The position numbers and the translations under genes are program-made. From Octopus sinensis (Eukaryota), in NCBI RefSeq assembly GCF_006345805.1, contig NW_021833079.1, positions 62,001-126,000 of the forward strand: 64,000 nucleotides of DNA, written 5' to 3'. Position 1 is the first letter of the stretch. Each line of letters opens with the position of its first letter. Shown piece by piece: positions 56,634-64,000 of the stretch. The notes beneath the pieces were generated by a model. The model saw nothing but the letters and a program-made list of their open reading frames with translations. It did no database searches and was not told the origin of the DNA.

Positions 56634-57859
56634 CTATGATGGTCCTAGACAATCAGTACATCTCTCCATGCTATGATGATAGTTTTCCACCTGAAGATAT
56701 ATTTCAGAAAAGTTGAACTCCATCCTTAACTTTTCTGAACATTCAGCTACAATTCTTTGTGAGTCGACTTCGCTGTCTATCAAAAATTAATGCAATAAAT
56801 TACCAATAGTTAAATGAGCTGCAATAACAAGCTTAGAGTGTGTAAGGGACCATGCTCGTATATTATGGCATGAACGAACTCCAGAAACGCTGCTGAGGCA
56901 TTTCCAAAGTAAGTTATAGTCAACTCCAACGGGGACCGCTAAAATTGAAAAATCAAAATACCTTCCATAAGCACAAAAAATATGTCTCTCATGACTGTAT
57001 AAGTGCTGATTACCACCAAAATTGAAAAAATAAAAGTACAAATTGGATCTACGATTTTTAGATTTGGCTAACATCATTTAAAGACAATTACTTTGAAATA
57101 TATAATCAGAGCCGCAATAAAAACACCGATACTCTGAATTAAGTCTCCGATTACATGAATGAACGCAGCCGAGAGTCCAAGATGTTTTCCATGGCTTCTA
57201 TGTGAATGTTCTTCTCCTGAATATAGCATAATTTACTACCCTGTTGAATCACATCGACTGATTTTGGCAATTCGTGGGAATGTTCGTGGCCGTGATGCAA
57301 CACTGTAACCAATCTAAACACTTTATAAAGTGTACTCTACATTATATTGAAGAATAATCCAGTTGATGCTATAATAACCATAATATTTGGGTTAATGTCA
57401 TATTCGTTTCTCTTAATTCTGATAACAGCAGCGTATACGAATACGACAGTTAAGTTGATAAGTAACATTATGGAAAGTAGTGACGCAAGTACCTCTGTGA
57501 GTTTTAAAAGTATAAATACCTATTCTATACCAACCAAAACTGAACTTTTTGGTAGAAGGTCGTGAGTGGAATACTAATGACAAGTAGCTCACCCCAACGC
57601 TGATGACATCAACCAGCATATGTGAAGAATCTGTCATGATTGATATACTATTTGAAAGAATTCCACCTATTTTAAGAATCATTGATGTACCTATGAATTC
57701 AACTAATGTGAACGTAGCAGACAAAATCAAAGCAATCAGAAGTTTCTTTTTCGCAATTCTTGTTTTGTTGTCAATTTCTCGAGGTGGATGGCAAGAACAA
57801 TTGTTCGCCAGTGAAGTTGTTTCTGTAAAAATCATAGAACCAGAATTCAAATTCAGCAT
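56634..57859 (-). CDS. Cation diffusion facilitator zinc transporter (ZnT2/SLC30A2-8-like)
   Basis: KKKLLIALIL..F.LVEFIGG.LSNSISIMTDSSHML.D, RPSTKKFSFGWYR.E, His-rich loop HHGHEHSHE, AAFIHVIGDLIQ, WSLT..K....AHL. Confidence 0.9.
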
Positions 57860-58269
57860 GGTATATAAATCAGACTGGTTACCGCGAAAAAAGATAAGAT
57901 AGCTATTCTAAACTAGCATAATTTAACGATTGAACATTAATTAAATAATCGATTGAGTGGCAAGTGGTTTTAATAATAATAATAAACCGATTAATTTTAA
58001 TTCATTAGAACATTGTGAATAGATTCGCCTTTTCCAATTTAACCGCTTTTTAATTCTTTCTACTCGGTTAGGCCAAAAATTTACCGAAAAACAAGAAATT
58101 CATTAATTAGTAACGGTTTCGAATATATAAATGATTTATTACGGTATTTAAATTATTCTAGCAGTTATGTCTATTCTTAGAAACACGAACTTAATGATTT
58201 TTAACTGATCGAAGCAAATTTAAAGATTATTTAAGCTAATCGTTTGTCTATTCTACCATTTATTTTATT

Positions 58270-59230
58270 AAGTTAATTTTATTTCATTGATGTTAATCTG
58301 ATTGTTGTCTGCTGAAAATTAATCTCCTCTTTTTAGAGGAGGAAGTAACCAACACCACTCTTTGATCCTCTGTCTTCAAGTTAGTTGCGATTCTTTTTCC
58401 CACACTATCTACATTTTCTTCGTACAAATGACTTGCTTCAATTAAGAGGCTACTGGCTGAATTATCTTTTCATCAGTGATTCTGATCCCGTATTTGTGCT
58501 CAACAATTATACTCTCCAGTGTTTTCTTTAACACAATTGATTTTATGTAACTCCAAGTTCCGTCATCGATAGCCAACTTTTCGATGTATTTCGTGAAAAA
58601 TCTGTAAACGAACTCGTCCCAGGTCTAAACCAGTGGGATTATTCTCACATGAGCGTCGTAAAGAATAGACAACTCCCCGGCCAGTAGATCTTATTTATGG
58701 CATTTCTCGACCTTGACCTGCTTAGGTGGTCCTGAGAAATGATTTCCACATCGATGAGAGTAATTTCGTTCTTAATTTTGTGGTACGAAAATATGTCAGA
58801 CTTGTTGCACTGAATATTCGAGTCTGTAATTATTTGGGAATCGACTCGTATTTCGACATTTTGTGTGAATGTAATTGATTGGACAGGATAAACCTTTAAT
58901 TTTTTGACTTTGCGGATTGCGTACTTCATACATAGATGCAAATGAATACATCTCAGGACCTCTTTATGTCTTCTGTTGTAATCACTTTTGAGCATTTTTC
59001 AACACCGGGTTGCCAAATGCCCAACAGTTTTTTTGCTTCTCATACAATGATTGCAAAATGCTCCCTTGGTTGAAAAGAATAGATTCCTATCCTCCAGTAG
59101 ACAATATAGTGCCTCACTTCTGGGGGAAACATTTCCTCTCTAAAGCCAGCCGCTGGTCATTTAGACATTTGAATAATATGGAATGCAGAGCTTTACATTT
59201 GATTTTCTTGATTAACTAATTCATGTTGGC
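58270..59230 (-). mobile_element. R4-type relic (CCHC + RLE + 3' end)
   Basis: GNVSPRSEALYCLLEDRNLF..CNHC..TVGHLATRC..DYNRRHKEVLRCIHL..NKSDIF..ITLIDV. Confidence 0.8.
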
Positions 59231-59469
59231 GGTTGTGATAGACTTCGCACAGATGCTTTCTCTGCTCTGAATACCATATTTGGGGCTAGAAATCCTGCGA
59301 TCATGGAAAGGGCAATTTATTTGTTTTAATTGATCGCAGAATCCCCGACCTCCTCAGGCAAACTAAAGACATTCTCTTAAGGCCACCCAAAATTGGAATA
59401 GCATAAATTCACTTTTAAAAACACTCGACGTTAATCCTTTTCAAAGGTTTTTCCTGCATAAATACAGCC

Positions 59470-59675
59470 GCTCTTTGTTCGCCGGCTTTAATTGCATTTT
59501 GAGGAAGACAAGCAAGCCCCTTTTGCAGGTCGATATTTTCGAATTCGGTGGGCCTACAGGCCCCAAAACTCCACCACAGCGTTCTCATAGAAATTGTGTC
59601 GGGACTAGGGAGCAGAACCGGGCAAAGATGAGGACCCTCCTCAGAGAAGCCGGGATCACCTGATTAATTAGTTCT
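59470..59675 (+). pseudogene. LINE 3' end related to 3790-4440
   Basis: Ends MRTLLREAGIT* then TTAATTAGTT, versus VRLLLEAGIT* TTAGTTAGTT. Confidence 0.5.
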
Positions 59676-59745
59676 ATGTTTTGGACGGCGATCTTGGTTT
59701 TAATAATAATAATTAATTACTACTGAATTAATTTAAATATATTTC

Positions 59746-60660
59746 ATGTTGCTCCAAAGTGATGGTAATTCACTTGTATATATTAAAGAAAATACATTTT
59801 CCAAAATATGCTCTGATGCTGAACATAAAAAGGAGTCTAACTTTATACGGCAATCTCTTTCGTACTTTTACGAGGCTTTTACTCGTTTTAGGTTGACTTA
59901 ATTTTATTTAATGAAAATTTATTTACATAAGCTAATTAAAATTTGACGTCAATTTGAATAGTTTTGATGAAATGTGCATAGCTTTTGGCGGAGGAAAGGA
60001 ATCAACAATTGTCCTATATTTATTCATGAGTGCGTGGAAGCGACAGTTAGTAAAGTCTACAAACTTAACTTCTAGTGCGGGTTCTTTATCAAAAATAGAA
60101 ATATTAATTCTTCACATTTCCACCGGACCCGAATTTCCAGAATTAACAAATTTCATACAAGAATCTGTTAATAGGTTAAATAAATATATTTAAACAAAGA
60201 TTTAATTTAAAATACGTTCACTACTGTGGGAACTATAAAGAATCACTATATCAGTTTACTAAAGACAACAGAAAGATAAAGGCCGTATTTATGGGAACAA
60301 GGGGAGACGACTTTGGTAAAGACACAAATGTTGTAATTTTTTCAGAATATTCGATTGCTCCGTTTATGCCTTGTGATGAAGGTTGGCCTCCTTTAATTAG
60401 AGTGAATCCAATTTTGTCGTGGAACTACAGAGAAGTCTGGAATTTTATTGAACGTTATAATATTGATCAGTGCCAATTGTATGAAATGGGGTTCACTTAA
60501 CTGATTAAGTAAAAGATATTCTTCGATTGGTGAAAAATATACGACTCAGAGAAATCCTAACCTTGTCACTTCTCTTAATGGAAATACAAACTATATCAAA
60601 GCTTCAAAACTTGAACAAGTGGGGACCGAACGTATTGGACGGGCTAAAAAATCTGAGTAA
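59746..60660 (+). CDS. FLAD1: FAD synthase (PAPS-reductase domain only)
   Basis: CIAFGGGKESTIVL, AVFMGTR, F.PCDEGWPPLIRVNPILSWNYREVWNFI...CQLYEMGYSSIG..T.RNP.L; 5' exon structure less certain. Confidence 0.85.
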
Positions 60661-60733
60661 AAATAGTATGATAATGTCTTTTTATTTATTTTATCTCATT
60701 AAAATTATTTAAAAAAGTATTATCTGAGTAATT

Positions 60734-60950
60734 AGCTTTTGGTCTAGTTATACCGGGCAGGTAAATGGTCGAAAATCCGTTGCTAAACTCTAGTCCCGGG
60801 TTCGATTCTCAGAAGCTGTCTGTACCGAAAGTTCCAATTGGGTTTGACTAGTGACGCCGTTATTGACATACCATTACAAGCGAATTCCAAGCACTATCTG
60901 GACTTCGGTACGTCTTAGCTTCCTGTCACACTGAACGGGTGAAGAACTTA
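60734..60950 (+). mobile_element. tRNA-Ser-derived pseudogene / putative SINE
   Basis: 60734-60817: 7-bp acceptor stem AGCTTTT/AGAAGCT, A-box-like TGGTCTAGTT, B box GGTTCGATTC, Ser(CGA)-like ATGG-TCGAAA-TCCGTTG arm, broken D arm. The downstream body is shared with 63405-63435. Confidence 0.5.
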
Positions 60951-61344
60951 ATCAATTATTTGCAGAATTTTGTTCATCGTACCTGGATGAAAAAATGATG
61001 AATAATTTTTCTACAAATGAAAAAATGCAATTATTTAGAAGATTGTAATTTACTTTTTGAAACCACTTCATTTCACCTTTCTAACCTTTATTCCCCATAC
61101 GGAAAACGTGTTGAAGAAATGGAATAAGAAACTAAACTTTCTTAAAGCATTTCTTGGAAACTTGAACAGCCACACTTGAATAAAAAGAAAACTCAAAAGA
61201 CAAGAGAAATTTATCTATGCCTCAACTAGAAATTAATTAGAATAACCAACTTACTTGTTATCTCTTGCTCTTGAAAAATTCTGTGTCTGGTACAAGCGAA
61301 ATCTTACGTGTTGTTGTTTAGTTATACAAATTCATTTTAAAAAA

Positions 61345-62555
61345 AACCTGCTTATATCTTGATGTGAACTCCTCCTGAAAGAGAAAATAACAATGTTATT
61401 ATTCATAATATATTTAGAGCAGGATGGACAAACGCGTCGGAGAGGGAGACCTTCGATGGAGAGTCTTGCCATCGCAAAAGGGACTGAGTGCACGACCCGT
61501 AAGGACTAGGTTAAATCTACTCTTTCCCAAGTGCTGGGAAGAGCTTCCAGGATGTCCAGGAATTTTTGACCTATTTTTCTTCAATGCTTCAAATTACGTT
61601 TTTGCGCGAATTTGTCTCTGAATGCACTGAAGAACCTGGCTAAAACTTCTTTTCAGGCTTGCGAAGGAAAACTTTTTCTGCGATTACGCCGTCAGGATGC
61701 TCATGTTCTCAACAAAACGAGCACCAGAGTAGCGAGTTAGCCCTATTTTTGCAGGTTAGCAAGGTATTAAGTAGACATCCCTACTCTCTGAGAATTGTTT
61801 TTTCCTCATTACGGACCGCAGAATGACCCGAAATATATCTAGGTGGCAACTCAGGACTGACGTTATGAGTTGCATCAATTGTGCAATATCTTACGCGATC
61901 GTGCGTAATGCTCCAGAGACAATGGACGATATTTATCTCTATTTGTACTTGGCACAGACAACCTATGAAGGAATCACACAGAAGCTTGGGACAAAGAGTT
62001 GATGGAAATTTCGTCGAGCACACCCTGCCAAATGGAATTTTAATGAATTGAAATGTGTGCAGGCAAAGAGGATGGAGTTGATTGTTTTTTATCAGAAGAA
62101 GCTCTCAACCCACGAATTTCGGTGTCAGGGAAGGCGAGAGAACAACTTGTCTCAGTTAAATTCCAGACTGTTCTATTGGCGGTTGCATGGAGAGACGAAG
62201 GAGGTTACCCGCATGAGGCCAAAATGCCTGACACATGAGGAAGTATGTGGAAATCAGGTCCACTATGAGTAAGTCGTTTTGCTTTTGTATATCTGATACT
62301 CTCATGATTACCAAGTTTTGTGGTGTCTGACATCCGTTAGAAGTTCAATGAAGTAGTAACCCATTTCTCTCACTGGAAGACAATTGGGATCAATGAGATG
62401 TATAATTTATTTCTAAAAAACTGCAAACCACTTCATGATTGTATGTTTCGAGCAATTGAAAGTTTGCACTTGACCCTGGCTCGATTCCAGAAAGGTTATT
62501 TTCCGGGGTCACTTATGTGATTCCTTAAGTAAATAACTCGTCTGCTCCGACAGTG
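61345..62555 (+). mobile_element. Diverged 5' relic of the intact R4-type element
   Basis: Nucleotide similarity from the very 5' end (TAGAGCAGGATGGACA, TGCACGACCCG, CTTTCCCAAGTG.TGGGAAGAGCTTCCAGGATG) to GCTCCGACAG, with deletions. Confidence 0.85.
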
Positions 62556-62579
62556 ATTATCCGACATTTTTTTACAAAT

Positions 62580-63010
62580 TGAACTCGCATCAATGAACGC
62601 AGCCGCGCAACCACACTCAGCGGACTGGTTAAATGCCGTCCCACTATCCTCAGCCGGTTTACTCTTGTATGATTAGTCAGTTCGACTCGGTACCTGTCTT
62701 CGACTAGGAATCCCTCTTTGCCATCCCCACCCGTGCAAGTGTGGGCAGTTGATAGACTCTGATGCCCTCCACCCTCATTCCTGCCGGTTAAGTGCTAGAC
62801 GTACTCCGAGACACCCCAATTTGAACAACGTCGTCAAACGGGGCCTTAATGCGCAAGCTTCCCTTATGTTCTGGAGCTCACTGGTCTTGATCGCGGAGAC
62901 GGTAAGCGTCGGACAGAATGACGGTCTTTCCATACAGCGAGGGGAAGTTTCTCGTATAGGATGTAACCTGTGCGGACAGTTATTAAGTCTGCGTTGTGTC
63001 CTGGATTCAT
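62580..63010 (+). pseudogene. CRE zinc-knuckle/RLE fragment
   Basis: WLNAVPLSS..LRLGIPLCHPHPCKCG..HPHSCR.S..RH..LN, GLDRGDGKR, DVTCADS. Confidence 0.75.
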
Positions 63011-64000
63011 GAGAAAGTAAACGCTTTAAACTGAACAATGGATTCTTATGCGAATCTGAAAACAATTACTTTTAATTAAGTCTTTAATTTGTTTAGTCTG
63101 GTGGATAATCAAGTTTTGATTTAAAATTAATGTGACGACAAGCCCATACTTTTGTTGCTTCTCGACCCAGTATACAAGTTCTTGTTCAAGTGCTGGCCCC
63201 CGGAAGCTTTTTTAATAGCACATTTGTTTCTTTGCATAGGTATGTTGCATTGTGTTTCCAATTTCTTACCAGTTTCTTATTTACGTCAAACTTTCTTGAA
63301 GCGGTACAGTTGTTAATTTCTTAGACAAAGTTTACAACTGTTATCATTTCGGCCGAAGGTTCCATGCATATTATATGCACCCCGGATTACATGCACCCCG
63401 GATTGACGAGTGACGCCGTTATCAGTGATACCACTGCGGAACCGGATGTCTACTTCAGCCACACTCGAAAAGAAAAATAGATGAAGCAGAGACCCATGTC
63501 TTCGTTTGGATTGTCTTCCTTTGGATTAGTTAGTTTCTTAATAACATGTTCTCTCTCTGTTTTGATCTTATGTGGCTGGCCCAAGCGAGATGTTAACATT
63601 CCGTTCTCATCTTGCGGCAGGGCTTGTTGTTGTTACAACTGTAGTCTGATATTTCATTTGTCTAGACATGGATAGGTATAATGGTTGGATGTTTAAGTGG
63701 TTATAATTTTTTAAAAGACAAGTGGTTTTAATGAGCTTGAACTAGATTCATTAGAGTAAGACAGCAGTGTTAAAACCAGTTAGGAAGCAATGCTGCACCC
63801 TAATTAGGAGACAATTATATAAGGAAGGAACTTTGCAGTTAAAAAATCCCCGAGGGAATATTTAGTGATAAGCTATATTGATTAATTTAAAAATTGCCAC
63901 AATATCTGCCATATGGAACATATGTGACCAAACCAATAAAAATTAATAAGAATAACCAATATAACATTCGATTAATAAATATGTCAAGTCACCGTTTCAA

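Noticed and set aside
57157-57175. Short match ATGAACGCAGCCG shared with 62592-62604
   Set aside because: 13 bp of unrelated coding sequence (ZnT AAFIH versus CRE MNAAA); coincidence.
60734-60817. Functional tRNA gene
   Set aside because: D arm is broken, the anticodon loop is 8 nt and the T stem is mismatched; treated as pseudogene/SINE head.

Overview
AT-rich eukaryotic (animal-like, ciliated) genomic window. Compact host genes are split by extremely short GT-AG introns (mostly 19-32 nt) and sit between dense nests of transposons. Host genes supported: two paralogous secreted double C-type lectins, IFT88 (with X-box-like sites), a co-oriented cluster SMYD - histidine phosphatase (TIGAR-like) - ORC5 - PSENEN - TRMT10, TMEM218-like, CLEC16A, a ZnT/SLC30 zinc transporter, a FAD synthase and two orphan spliced genes. 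The intron size suggests a dicyemid-like genome (inference). 16.8-36.7 kb is a ~20-kb nest whose insertion order can be read from target-site duplications (TSDs). A Tc1 element contains an intact R4/Dong-type RLE retrotransposon and a Ginger-like element, and the latter contains two Buster-type hAT copies. PHD-finger CRE-clade retrotransposons follow, inserted into a hAT relic and into each other. Main observation: transposase genes of three DNA-transposon superfamilies (Tc1, hAT, Ginger-like) carry host-style 19-28-nt introns, and the intact 3.5-kb retrotransposon sits inside one such 27-nt intron. No CRISPR array, rRNA or intact tRNA is seen. Exon boundaries were read by hand and relic boundaries are approximate.
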